From positions 1-64,000 of the forward strand of contig CAWAKC010000010.1 in the NCBI GenBank assembly GCA_963782525.1: DNA of 64,000 nt. The letters run 5' to 3'. The DNA comes from Candidatus Bathyarchaeota archaeon. GTDB taxonomy: Archaea; Thermoproteota; Bathyarchaeia; Bathyarchaeales; Bathycorpusculaceae. Under the pieces are notes generated by a model that saw only the letters and a program-made list of their open reading frames with translations, was not told where the DNA came from and made no database searches. Position numbers and translations under genes: made by a program. Positions 28,197 to 38,477 of the stretch are shown piece after piece (the first letter of the stretch is position 1; each line of letters begins with the position of its first letter).

Positions 28197-30317
28197 ATGC
28201 CTCGGTTTAAACAAATCCTCGAAATCCAGCAACTCATGGGCAAAAAAGAGCTCATCAGAAACATAGGCATCATTGCACACATTGACCACGGCAAAACCAC
28301 GCTCGCTGATTCATTGCTTGCTGGTGCAGGTTTGCTTTCGACTCAGATGGCAGGCATGGCACGTGTGCTCGATTATCTTGAGGAAGAGCAGAAACGCAAG
28401 ATTACGATAAAAACCGCAAACATCAGCCTGCTCTATAAAATCGCTGGCACCCCTTATGTCATAAATTTAGTTGATACTCCTGGGCATGTGGATTTCACGG
28501 GCAAAGTGACTCGGGCTCTTCGCGTTATCGATGGCGCAGTCGTTGTTGTCGATGCAGTCGAGGAAATCATGGCGCAAACCGAAATCGTCACAAAACAAGC
28601 CCTCGAAGAACGCGTCCGACCTGTCCTTTTCATAAACAAAGTCGACCGCCTAATCACCGAACTACAGCTAAACGAAGAGCAGATCCAAAAGAAACTCGAT
28701 CAAATAATTAGCCGATTCAACGACCTCATCGAACTCTACGCTGAGCCTTCATTTAGGGACCAATGGAAAATCGGAGGTTCACTTGGCAACGTTGCTTTTG
28801 GGTCAGCACTGCATGGTTGGGGCTTCACGATGAACATGGCGAAGCGGCAAGGAGTAAAGTTTTCAGACATCACAAAAGCCTACGCCAACAATCAATATAT
28901 GAAACTGCAAAAAAGCTTGCCCGTTTACGAAGCAATTTTTGAAATGGCAATCAATGTGATTCCGAATCCAAGAGAAGCCCAAGGTTACCGCACTGAAACG
29001 ATTTGGGATGGACAAACAAACTCCACAATCGGCAAAGCACTGGTTGAATGCAGCGATGACGCACCAACCGTACTGTTCATTACTAATGTGCATGCGGATT
29101 CAAGCGGCGACACCATCGCCACTGGAAGAGTCTTCTCTGGAAAAGTGAAGAAGGGTGACGTGCTGCATCTTGTAGATGCCTTATCCGAAACCGAAGTTAA
29201 AGAAGTGTCAATTGACATGGGTGCGCTGCGTGAAGAAGTCAGCGAGGTTTCCGCTGGCTGCTTAGCTTCTTTTACGTTTACTGGAAGGCTTAAGGCTGGA
29301 GCAACCCTTGTTGATTTAGCGCATAAAGAGGGCATGGTACCCTTTGAAGGCATCTGCTATGTTTCTGAGCCTGTCGTAACTTTGGCAGTTGAACCCAAAA
29401 ACCCCCAAGAGATACCCCTATTGCTTGATGCACTAGAGAAGCTCGCGGCTGAAGACCCCAACCTCAAAGTAAACGCGGACAAACTAACAGGTGAATACCT
29501 GCTCAGTGGTATGGGCGAATTGCATTTGGAAATAGCTGTTCATCAACTAAAAAGTGATGGACTCAATGTAACGGTTTCTTCTCCCCGAGTCGTTTATTCC
29601 GAAACTGTGCAGAAAAAAGGCGTAATTGCTTTGGCAAAAAGTCCCAACAAACAGAACTGTTTTTGGGTGCAGGTTATGCCTGAAACCGAAGAGAACGAGC
29701 ATCGTGCGGATGCTGATTCAGGTGATGTTCTTTCGGTGGATGAACATAGGAATGTACTTTTAGATTTAAACGGAAAAACCGAAGGAGTTTCTGAACAGGT
29801 TTTGGAGGCTATCATCGCTGGATTCGAGTACGCTTGCAGGGATGGTCCACTATGCGGTGAACCAGTTAGGCATTTGAAGGTAAACTTAATCGATTTGCAA
29901 ACAAACGAAAGCAACGATGAAGGTTCGGAAGTTATGCATGGCATCGGCAAAGCAATCTTCGGCAGCTTCTTAACCGCCGATCCTGTCCTGCTTGAACCCG
30001 TCTACAAAATAATCATATCCGTCGCCACCGAATTATCCGGCGAATGCTCAAGAATGCTCGCCACGAGACGCGGTAAAGTCACTTTATTCGAGCAAAAAGG
30101 ACTCCAAAACATAATCAGCGGCTACATTCCCGTCTCAGAAACCTTCGACTTCTCAAAAGAACTCCGTTCAGCAACCTCGGGTCGGGCTTTTTGGCAAACG
30201 TTCTTTGATCACTGGGAAAAGATGTCCTCAAAACTTACACTGCAAGTGGTTGCTGATTTGCGTCGGCGGAAGGGTTTAGCGCCTGAGATTCCTAAGGCAG
30301 AAAGGTTTATGGAGTAG
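28197..30317 (+). CDS. Elongation factor 2 paralog lacking the diphthamide loop
   Basis: AHIDHGKTT, DTPGHVDF, NKVD, GMGELHL; RKITI in place of RGITI; no HRG motif in domain IV. Confidence 0.85.
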   Translation: MPRFKQILEIQQLMGKKELIRNIGIIAHIDHGKTTLADSLLAGAGLLSTQMAGMARVLDYLEEEQKRKITIKTANISLLYKIAGTPYVINLVDTPGHVDFTGKVTRALRVIDGAVVVVDAVEEIMAQTEIVTKQALEERVRPVLFINKVDRLITELQLNEEQIQKKLDQIISRFNDLIELYAEPSFRDQWKIGGSLGNVAFGSALHGWGFTMNMAKRQGVKFSDITKAYANNQYMKLQKSLPVYEAIFEMAINVIPNPREAQGYRTETIWDGQTNSTIGKALVECSDDAPTVLFITNVHADSSGDTIATGRVFSGKVKKGDVLHLVDALSETEVKEVSIDMGALREEVSEVSAGCLASFTFTGRLKAGATLVDLAHKEGMVPFEGICYVSEPVVTLAVEPKNPQEIPLLLDALEKLAAEDPNLKVNADKLTGEYLLSGMGELHLEIAVHQLKSDGLNVTVSSPRVVYSETVQKKGVIALAKSPNKQNCFWVQVMPETEENEHRADADSGDVLSVDEHRNVLLDLNGKTEGVSEQVLEAIIAGFEYACRDGPLCGEPVRHLKVNLIDLQTNESNDEGSEVMHGIGKAIFGSFLTADPVLLEPVYKIIISVATELSGECSRMLATRRGKVTLFEQKGLQNIISGYIPVSETFDFSKELRSATSGRAFWQTFFDHWEKMSSKLTLQVVADLRRRKGLAPEIPKAERFME

Positions 30318-30322
30318 TTTGG

Positions 30323-31183
30323 ATGCGGCTCGGTGTTGGGTTTGATTTGGATTTCTCGCTCTGCTGTGGGCAGGTGTTTAGGTGGCGCAAGGTTAACGGT
30401 TGGTGGTATGGTGTCGTCGGAGATAATGTGGTTAAGGTTTGCCAATGTGGCTCGGAGTTGAAGTTTGAAAACGTCACGAAGGATTTTGTGCTGGAGTATT
30501 TTGGGTTAACCGACAATTTAGCAGAAATTAGCCAATGCATCGGCAAAGACGATTATGTTCAAAAAGCTTTGAAACGGTTTGAGGGCCTGCGTATTGTTCG
30601 GCAGGTGCCCTGGGAATGTCTCATTAGCTTCATCTGCGCCACCTACAAGAGCATAGCAGCCATCGAACTAATGCTCAAAAAAATATCTATCAAATATGGT
30701 GAAAAACAAGTTTTCGACGGTATGGACTTTTACACTTTTCCAACGGTGGAACGATTGTCTAATGCAAGCGAGAACGGCTTGCGGGAATGCGGTCTGGGTT
30801 ATAGGGCGAAGTATGTGTATGCCACAGCCAAAAAAATCCGTGACGAAAACATGAACCTCAACGACCTGAAGAATTTGCCATATTTAGAAGCCCGAAAAAA
30901 GCTCTTGGAGTTTTCTGGGGTGGGCTTGAAAGTGGCTGATTGTGTGCTGCTGTTTTCGCTGCGGAAACTGGAGGCTTTTCCAGTGGATATTTGGGTTAAA
31001 CGGGTCATCCTAAACCATTATGCCAACAAGCTTCCTGAACCTTTTGTGAAGAGACTGCAAAGCCACACCTCCTTAACCAACGGTGAGTACCAGAAAATCG
31101 GCGACTTCGCCCGAACCTACTTCGGAGCATACGCAGGCTACGCCCAAGAATACCTCTTCCACTACGAGCGAACACAACGTTAA
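30323..31183 (+). CDS. 8-oxoguanine DNA glycosylase (OGG1-type HhH-GPD)
   Basis: CGQVFRW, WECLISFIC, GLGYRAKY, GVGLKVADC, FPVD, YAGYAQEYLF. Confidence 0.92.
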   Translation: MRLGVGFDLDFSLCCGQVFRWRKVNGWWYGVVGDNVVKVCQCGSELKFENVTKDFVLEYFGLTDNLAEISQCIGKDDYVQKALKRFEGLRIVRQVPWECLISFICATYKSIAAIELMLKKISIKYGEKQVFDGMDFYTFPTVERLSNASENGLRECGLGYRAKYVYATAKKIRDENMNLNDLKNLPYLEARKKLLEFSGVGLKVADCVLLFSLRKLEAFPVDIWVKRVILNHYANKLPEPFVKRLQSHTSLTNGEYQKIGDFARTYFGAYAGYAQEYLFHYERTQR

Positions 31184-31221
31184 AATTGCGACAAACAGCA
31201 ATTCCTATCTGGTGCGGATGT

Positions 31222-31476
31222 ATGAGTGATGGCAAAATTGAAGAATTAATCAAGCACAAACGAACTTTCCTAAGACAAACCACAAACGAATATTCTACTG
31301 GCGGCAACGACATGCTCGACGACGTCAACGCGATACTAAAGGAGGCAAAAGCAGAAATTGCCCACAACTTAGAACTGGTCAACTGCCTCCGCAAAGACGA
31401 AGGCGAACAAGCATGGCAAAAAGACTGCCTCTCCATGTTTAACGCCTGGTACGAGAAATGGTTCGGCATGCCCTGA
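31222..31476 (+). CDS. Hypothetical protein
   Basis: ORF with host-like codon use, ending WYEKWFG. Confidence 0.55.
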   Translation: MSDGKIEELIKHKRTFLRQTTNEYSTGGNDMLDDVNAILKEAKAEIAHNLELVNCLRKDEGEQAWQKDCLSMFNAWYEKWFGMP

Positions 31477-31561
31477 CCTCTTGTTCCTTTTGTTGCTAAT
31501 TGCGAGCGGAAAAATGTTTAAATGTTGTTTGGAATAGCAATATAAAGCAGAACTTGACTGT

Positions 31562-31639
31562 GGGCCCGTAGCTCAGTCCGGCTAGAGCGCCAGACTCATA
31601 ATCTGTTGACCGGGTGTTCAAATCGCCCCGGGCCCACCA
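31562..31639 (+). tRNA. tRNA with CAT anticodon, probably tRNA-Ile2 (agmatidine type)
   Basis: GGGCCCG/CGGGCCC acceptor, CTCATAA loop, GTTCAAATC, CCA. The GGGCCC acceptor resembles archaeal Ile tRNAs rather than Met. Confidence 0.9.
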
Positions 31640-31968
31640 ACCACCCAACTCAAACAGGGTTGGCATTGTAAAGAAACCTCGAGAATCTTAGCACACAACG
31701 TAAACCTGCGGGTGGATTCTGCTACAGCTCTAGGAGTACTTTGTGGAAGGAAAAGACTGCAGTGAGGCGCCTTTTCCGGCTGAGCTGAGAATATTTTTTC
31801 TTTCTTTTTTTAACGGCCCCAGTGTTTCCCTTTTTTGGGCGACCTTGGAGTAGGTGAATTCTTTTCGGATTTGAATTTGAAATGCTTTTGGTAATCAAAA
31901 ATTCTTTCAAAGTCTGAAAAGAGGCTCTTAGGCAAAGGCTTTAATGCATTTATGGGGGACATTCAATT

Positions 31969-33834
31969 ATGAGACGGTCAGATTCCGGTTGTTTGCTTTT
32001 GCTTGTGTTATTGATGCCGCCTATCCTGCTATCTGTTTGCTTGGTTGTTGCTGATGCTCAAACAATCCCTGGAATCCATATTAAACCTGATGGGTCCATC
32101 GAAGGAACCAACGCTATCGTATGCAATGGGACTGCGTATTCTTTCACATCTAATCTTACTGGTCCACTTGTTGTGGAAAAGGACAATATAGTCATTGATG
32201 GTGCAGGCCATACTTTAACAGGTAGCCATGCCAGAGGTATAGTTTTGGCTGAACGCCACGGTGTAACCTTGAGGAATGCTCGAGTGACACTTGATGGCGG
32301 ATACATTATAGACGTCGGCAACTCTTCAAGCTGCACAGTGGCAGATAACACACTTGTTGGGACGCCACCAGCATGGGACAAATGTGGGCCTATAGTCATT
32401 AACTTGCTTCTCTCCCAAAGTGCCACGATAACCAACAATTCCATCACTAGATTTTTCTACGCTATCGCCGTTGAGTCATCAACAGGAGCAACAATAACCG
32501 GCAACACACTAACCAATGGAGTCATCGGTATTGAATTACAGAACTCAGAAGACTGCAAATTTAAAGACAATACTTTGACCGACTGTAAATTTAGCATAAA
32601 CAGTTTTCCATCATACAAATTTGCCAATGATTTAGACACTTCAAACACGGTAGATGGAAAACCAATCTATTACTGGGTTGGAACTGAGGACAAAACGGTT
32701 CCTTCTGATGCAAGCTACATAGTGCTCATAGATTGCGCAAACATCCTTGTTGAAAATAGTAGTCCAAATGGAATTTGCTTGGCAAGGGCTTCAAACAGCA
32801 CTGTACGCAACATCCGAATGGTTGACCACGGAGAAGACGGTATTAATCTTCTAAACTGTTCAACAATAAACATTCTCGACTGTACCCTTCGGAATCAAGC
32901 AATTGCTCTACAAATTGAAAGTTCTTCAAACAATCTGATTAAAGGCAATGATATTTCGGGCGCGATGACTCGCGGAATAAACCTCAACAACGCGCCAAAC
33001 AATGAAATTTTGCAAAACCATTTTTTTAACAACAGTTATGGTATTGGGTTTTCAGAAGGCTCCTCTAATGGTTGCCTAATTGCTCATAACAATTTCACTT
33101 CGAATGGTTATGCACTTTCCATAGAGGCAAAAGACCAGATTATCGATAACTTATTTGCCGACAACGATCGCGGAGTTATGCTTTGCTATGCATCCGATGG
33201 CAACATTACCGGCAACACATTTATCGAAAACAAAGTCGCCTTAACGGCAGTGTGTTCCTCCAACAATATTATCTACTGCAATAACTTTTTCCGCAACGAC
33301 CACCAGATAGGCGACGGCGGCGTACCCAGCACCACCGCTACCCCAACACCCGAGCCAACACCAACACCCTCTTCAACCACAACCGATCGATCACCAACCA
33401 TGTCCCCTCTGCAAGGCGTGAATTTCCTGCCCCCCCCGCCACCATCCCACAACCAATTCGATAACGGCAGCGTAGGCAACTACTGGATAGATTACAGTGG
33501 CTCAGACCCAAACCATGACGGCATCGGGGACACCACTTATTTTCTATACAACGGCGCTGGCATCAACCAAGACAACTTTCCACTTATGAATTCACTACCA
33601 GTCGCCCAAGTGCCCAACGCACCCCACGACCTCTTACATGCACAGGCAACTACCGAAACATCGCAGTCAACGACGCCAGCAAGTACAGACCAATCAGATA
33701 GGTCGCAGCTTTCAGACCAAGCAGTTGTGTTTGGAGTGCCTCTTCTATTTATCGCTATAACTGTTGCCGCTTTGGTTTTAGGTATTGCCAGCTTGCTATT
33801 GTATCGCTGGAAAAACAAGCGAAAATCTGTCTGA
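31969..33834 (+). CDS. NosD-like right-handed beta-helix surface protein
   Basis: HIKPDGSIEG, IVIDGAG, Asn-rich PbH1 repeats, NTVDGKPIYY, GNYWIDY, DGIGDT, C-terminal TM. Confidence 0.88.
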   Translation: MRRSDSGCLLLLVLLMPPILLSVCLVVADAQTIPGIHIKPDGSIEGTNAIVCNGTAYSFTSNLTGPLVVEKDNIVIDGAGHTLTGSHARGIVLAERHGVTLRNARVTLDGGYIIDVGNSSSCTVADNTLVGTPPAWDKCGPIVINLLLSQSATITNNSITRFFYAIAVESSTGATITGNTLTNGVIGIELQNSEDCKFKDNTLTDCKFSINSFPSYKFANDLDTSNTVDGKPIYYWVGTEDKTVPSDASYIVLIDCANILVENSSPNGICLARASNSTVRNIRMVDHGEDGINLLNCSTINILDCTLRNQAIALQIESSSNNLIKGNDISGAMTRGINLNNAPNNEILQNHFFNNSYGIGFSEGSSNGCLIAHNNFTSNGYALSIEAKDQIIDNLFADNDRGVMLCYASDGNITGNTFIENKVALTAVCSSNNIIYCNNFFRNDHQIGDGGVPSTTATPTPEPTPTPSSTTTDRSPTMSPLQGVNFLPPPPPSHNQFDNGSVGNYWIDYSGSDPNHDGIGDTTYFLYNGAGINQDNFPLMNSLPVAQVPNAPHDLLHAQATTETSQSTTPASTDQSDRSQLSDQAVVFGVPLLFIAITVAALVLGIASLLLYRWKNKRKSV

Positions 33835-34389
33835 TTCTTTGGGTATTTTGTTTTCGAGACTTTCCTATCATGGACAATTTGGCTTCGCTTCTGTGATTAA
33901 GAGAGAAGACCTTTGGTTCCAAGGCTGTTGCGCCACTTTTTCAGAATGTCGTTTGAATGCTTTTGAGCGTTTTCTGCTATTGTTTGGTGGTTCTTTATTT
34001 TACAGTTGCTGGAGGTGATTGATTTTGCAAACGTCTTGAAAACATGTGGGCTTTAATTGTACCCGCTGAATGCAGGCCGAAATAGCCACAGGGGTCCATC
34101 AACAAAATATAATGGACCAAAAATGCTAATAATCACCAACAAGCAGACGAGTCGGCGCATCAGTTCACCAGTTAAATGTGAGGTGTAGCAGTTATGAAGT
34201 TTTGCATAATTAGAGGTGTTGATGTTCAAACCATTTGAGTTGGACTCAAGTTACGGCTGTGGTTCTTTGGGATTTTTTAGCCTAGAGTTTTAATGTATTA
34301 GGTAGCCGCCGAGACACTGAAACGTAGTCCACTTAATAAAATGTGGTTCTCTGCAAGATTACCTGAAATCAAAGGGTAAAACCCACGAA

Positions 34390-35386
34390 TCATTGTTTCT
34401 TTTGTTGTTTTAGCCAGTTAATGATTGTATTTGTGGCTTGCTGGTCCAGTTCTGTTTCCATGGCATTATAACGTAAGCTTGCTTGTGCGGTGAGTTGTTC
34501 TCTGGGTGTTTCCTCGTGTTTTAGTACGTGGTTGGCGTTTTCTGGGTAAATGTAGGTTATGTTGGTTTTTTTGGCGGTTGCTTCTTCTAATGATTTACCG
34601 TCGGCTTGCCAGTCAACTTGGATGTCTTTTTTGCCGATAACAACCAGGATGGGCTCGTCTACTTTAGCGATAACTTGAGCTGTGTCGTAAGTCCACAGTT
34701 CTTGTGCAAACGGCAAGTTTGCAGGAGTTGATAAACTTAAGAGTAACATTCGAATTACTTCAGGAAGAGAAGCGTCAGGCACCATAGGCTTCCCAGCGGC
34801 AAAAGCCGCGACCTCTTCATCGTAATGTTTCATGATGTCTTCGCCATTGGGCAAATTCTTTACCTGCGCCACAATCTGGCTGCGACCAACCGCACCAATA
34901 GCTCTTCCAGGCGCACCCGTAAGCACCAACCCTCTAAAACGCCGACTCTTTGCCTGCAACTGATAATTTAAGGCATGAATGGCGCCCTCACTGTTGGTAA
35001 GCGCAAAAACGCAGTCTTCCCTCACATGTCCGTCGGAAACAAGAGTTTCCACTGCCCCCGACAACTCTTCTAGATGGCTTTGCATGCTGATTTTGCCAAT
35101 CAACTTAGAAATGTTCTCTTTGACGTGCGGTCCAGACGCACGCTTATCATACCTTAAAGTAACAAAACCTGAATTTGCAAACAACTCAGCTAACAATTTC
35201 CCGCTTCCATTGGTTCCCGGCAAAAGAGGCGAACACCAGTCGCGATCGGTCGGGCCGCTGCCAGCTACAAAGACAATTCCGCAACTTGGCGCTATACCTA
35301 CCGGGGTGGTTATTGTTCCGTAAACAGATATATCATCAACCTTCCAGGTAACTTCTCTGCTCGTAATTTCCAAATCTTTCATCATA
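34390..35386 (-). CDS. Alpha/beta hydrolase
   Basis: AGSGPTDRD, LRYDKR, NSEG nucleophile elbow, KDIQV, NHVLK. Confidence 0.85.
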
Positions 35387-35486
35387 CTCAATTCCTCAAG
35401 TCCGCTTATGAAAAAATGTTTGGGGGAGAGATTTATGTGTATGTGGACTCTACTTCTCATAGACGCAAGACGTTGGATGAATTTCT

Positions 35487-36410
35487 GTGATCGACACCGA
35501 AAATCTCACAAAAAAATTCGGGGAACTAACAGCAGTAGACAACCTCACCTTGCATGTAGATGATGGTGAAGTTTTCGGTTTTCTGGGCCCGAATGGCGCA
35601 GGCAAAACAACAACTGTCAGAATGCTTTGTTGCCTAATCTCAAAAACCAGCGGAAACGCTACTGTGGGTGGATACCAAATAGGCAACAAGGAAGATTTAC
35701 TCAAGATACGCAAAATCATCGGATTGGTTCCTGATAATGTGGGGTTATCCGAAAATTTGACCGCTTACGATAACCTCGACTTCTACGGAAAAATATACGA
35801 TTGCTCTACCGCTCAAAGGAAAGAAAACATCCAACGGTTCCTCGATATGTTGGGGCTTTGGGATAAGAGAAACTTTTTAGCTGGGACCTTTTCCAAGGGC
35901 ATGAAACAAAAACTCGCCATAGCCCGCGCCCTTATCCATGACCCACAAGTACTTTTCATGGACGAGCCTACCGCAAATTTAGATCCTGAGGCTTCGAAAA
36001 CAGTGCGAGATTTCATTCTTCAACTAAGAAAAGAGAAGAAGACAATCTTTCTAAACACTCACAACCTTGACGAGGCACAAAGAATCTGCGACAGGGTAGC
36101 AATAATTAATACGAGCCTTAGGGCAATCGGGACTCCGCAAGACCTTGAAAGTTCCGTTAGCGGCAAAAAGACAGTTATCGGATTAGAACAGCAAATCAAC
36201 GATGCCGTTTTGGGAGCACTGAAAAAACTGCCACTCAAAAACCTGTCCACCGGCGGCGACACGATAACATTTAACGTGGAAAACCCAGACAAGGAAAATT
36301 CGCCTGTTGTAGAGGCTATAGTACTGGCTGGCGGTCATGTCAAGTCAATCAATGTAGTGGGCTCAACTTTAGAAGATACCTATCTAAAACTTGTGAGGAA
36401 ACAAACATGA
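35487..36410 (+). CDS. ABC-2 type exporter ATP-binding protein
   Basis: GPNGAGKTT, FSKGMKQ, MDEPT, H-loop. Confidence 0.93.
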   Translation: MIDTENLTKKFGELTAVDNLTLHVDDGEVFGFLGPNGAGKTTTVRMLCCLISKTSGNATVGGYQIGNKEDLLKIRKIIGLVPDNVGLSENLTAYDNLDFYGKIYDCSTAQRKENIQRFLDMLGLWDKRNFLAGTFSKGMKQKLAIARALIHDPQVLFMDEPTANLDPEASKTVRDFILQLRKEKKTIFLNTHNLDEAQRICDRVAIINTSLRAIGTPQDLESSVSGKKTVIGLEQQINDAVLGALKKLPLKNLSTGGDTITFNVENPDKENSPVVEAIVLAGGHVKSINVVGSTLEDTYLKLVRKQT

Positions 36411-37150
36411 GACTCTCAAAGGCCTGGATTGTAGCAGCTAGGGACTTCAAAATATTTAGGCGAGTAAAAAACGTCTGGTCCTCAATTATTATTTTCCCAG
36501 TTGTTATCTCGGTTCTGTTTCCGGTGATACTGGAGTATTTAGCATTAAGGGGGAGCCCCGGACTTGCAGCGCCGAGTGTGCTTCCAAATTTGCTTAACTC
36601 CTTTTCTTTCTTTTTAGTTATAGGAGCAGCATACGTTCCCTTAGGGATTGCCTCCTACAGTATAGTGGGGGAGAAAGTGGAGAAGAGTCTAGAACCGCTT
36701 CTAGCAACGCCCCTTACTGATGGAGAAATATTGCTTGGAAAAGCCATTTCGGCAGTTATTCCAACTTTAGTAGCAATGTATGCGGCTGCAGTAGTCTTCA
36801 TGGTGGGCATTGATGAGGTTACTTTCAGTACGCTTGGCTACTATTATTTTCCAAACTGGAACATCGTCACTTTGCTGTTAGTTCTGATGCCAGTCGCCAT
36901 TGTTATGAGTGTTCTGTACAGTGTGATTGTTTCATCAAAAGTTAATGATGTGCGCAGCGCTAACAGTTTTGGAATTTTTATTCTCTTTCCACTCCTTGGC
37001 ATATACCTTGCCAGTGAGACAAGCATAATAACTCTTGACGTAAACAGTCTGCTTATAATTTCAGGTATACTTTTAGTGGTTGATGTGGCGCTGTTCTTTG
37101 TGAGCACAAAAACTTTTCGAAGGGAGGAAATACTAACAAAATGGAAGTAG
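36407..37150 (+). CDS. ABC-2 type permease
   Basis: About 6 TM; SIVGEKVEKSLEPLLATP. Confidence 0.9.
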   Translation: MRLSKAWIVAARDFKIFRRVKNVWSSIIIFPVVISVLFPVILEYLALRGSPGLAAPSVLPNLLNSFSFFLVIGAAYVPLGIASYSIVGEKVEKSLEPLLATPLTDGEILLGKAISAVIPTLVAMYAAAVVFMVGIDEVTFSTLGYYYFPNWNIVTLLLVLMPVAIVMSVLYSVIVSSKVNDVRSANSFGIFILFPLLGIYLASETSIITLDVNSLLIISGILLVVDVALFFVSTKTFRREEILTKWK

Positions 37151-37178
37151 CAAAGTTAGAGGAGAGAGGTTCAAAAAA

Positions 37179-37430
37179 ATGACAAAAGCTAAGTTTGAAA
37201 TAGGTGAGACTGGAAAACATACCATTATTGTTAATGCGAGTGCGCTTCTAAAATACATCAAGATAGAAGTGGATGGCGAAAAAGTCGTTAATGAAGCAAA
37301 TTTTCAGCCGTTGGCAACGAAGTTCCAGTTGGACGTGGGAAATTCCGAAAAGCATCATTTGGAAATTAGCGCTGGACCGTTCTCGCCTATCCTACTATTC
37401 GTGGATGGAAAAGAAGCTCAAAAAACCTGA
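37179..37430 (+). CDS. Small beta-rich hypothetical protein
   Basis: Internal two-fold repeat (FEIGETGKH..VDG / LDVGNSEKH..VDG); GAGG SD. Confidence 0.65.
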   Translation: MTKAKFEIGETGKHTIIVNASALLKYIKIEVDGEKVVNEANFQPLATKFQLDVGNSEKHHLEISAGPFSPILLFVDGKEAQKT

Positions 37431-37538
37431 AGGTGCATCGCCAGCGCGAACGGTTAGTAAACTAAACAGCTTCTCCTCCACACAATATCGGGACAGGGCA
37501 GCACGCTAAGTGGAAATATCTAAACTTAGATACTAAAA

Positions 37539-37667
37539 ATGGAGGTGAGAGTAACGAGTGAAGTAACAATTGTGATAATTATCGTTGTAACCATTGCTCT
37601 TATGGTAATAGGTTATTTTCTTATAGGACCACCTGGTAACCGCAGATGGAATAAGAGAAAAAATTAA
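37539..37667 (+). CDS. 42-aa single-TM peptide
   Basis: MEVRVTSEVTIVIIIVVTIALMVIGYFLIGPPGNRRWNKRKN; below the ORF track cutoff. Confidence 0.5.
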   Translation: MEVRVTSEVTIVIIIVVTIALMVIGYFLIGPPGNRRWNKRKN

Positions 37668-38126
37668 TACTGGGCCGTTCTGGTCTACCCAAGTCACTGC
37701 AGGTGGCAAAGCTGCTCAAAAAACCTAAAGGTGTATGCGCTCGCGGGTGCAAGCACGGCTTAGTAGCGAAAAATAGTTAAACCTGCAAGAAAGAATCCGC
37801 ATGTTCTTTTTCTTTTCTACATCGTTAATCATAGATACGGCGAGCAGAGGGTAACTAACCAAAGAGGTAGTTTTTTAAGGTTGAAGCTATATCTTTTGCG
37901 CAAAAACTCTTGGCAGGGGAGCACTTGCTCGGGCTATTCTGAGTTCGTCCCTTCATCCAAAAGTTGCGGTGAGCGGTTGGAGACATTACTTCAATTGGTC
38001 AACTTTTAACCTGTGGAATGTTATTTAAGCCAACATAGTGCGTAAGGGAAAGCGCGAATCAATACTTTCTAAAGTTTTGGGCTTAGGAAAAACGCAGCCA
38101 GTCTATGGGTTCTTTTTTCGAAGGGC

Positions 38127-38366
38127 AGAAGAAGAAAATTCGTGTAATTTCCTGCGAAGTGTTGTTCTTCTTCAAAATTAACTGAAAAAAGACAGGTAGA
38201 AGAAGAAGTGTAAATTTTTTCCAGCTTTCTTCTTCTTTCAACTTGGGTTCCAGTCGAAAGAACAACAACAAAATTTTGGCGTGTTGTTGTTTTACCCACT
38301 AAAGAATACCGGGCTTACAGGTAGAAGAAGACAGTGATGTGTGCAGGTGGCTGTCTTCTTCTTTCA
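38127..38366. repeat. Array of four GAA/TTC-armed inverted repeats
   Basis: Hairpins at about 38128-38173, 38198-38236, 38260-38291 and 38323-38362. Confidence 0.7.
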
Positions 38367-38477
38367 GTCATAAAACTCTAAAAACCCTATTCGTACTTTA
38401 GGATTTTGTTTTTCTGCTTAAAATTAAAGGGTTTTAAAGGAAGAGTGATTTGGCGAAAACTTCAAAGAATATTGGAT

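Noticed and set aside
31562-31639. Initiator tRNA-Met
   Set aside because: Has G1-C72 and lacks three consecutive G-C pairs in the anticodon stem; Ile2 is more likely, though elongator Met is not fully excluded
31652-31670. GGTTGGCATTG after tRNA-CAT resembling the RGWHW motif
   Set aside because: Only 11 nt match, the peptide does not continue, and it fits a local CCAAC/GTTGG hairpin
38127-38366. Possible CRISPR array or integron attC array
   Set aside because: Repeats are non-identical inverted arms; no cas genes, no IntI, and no RYYYAAC/GTTRRRY boundaries
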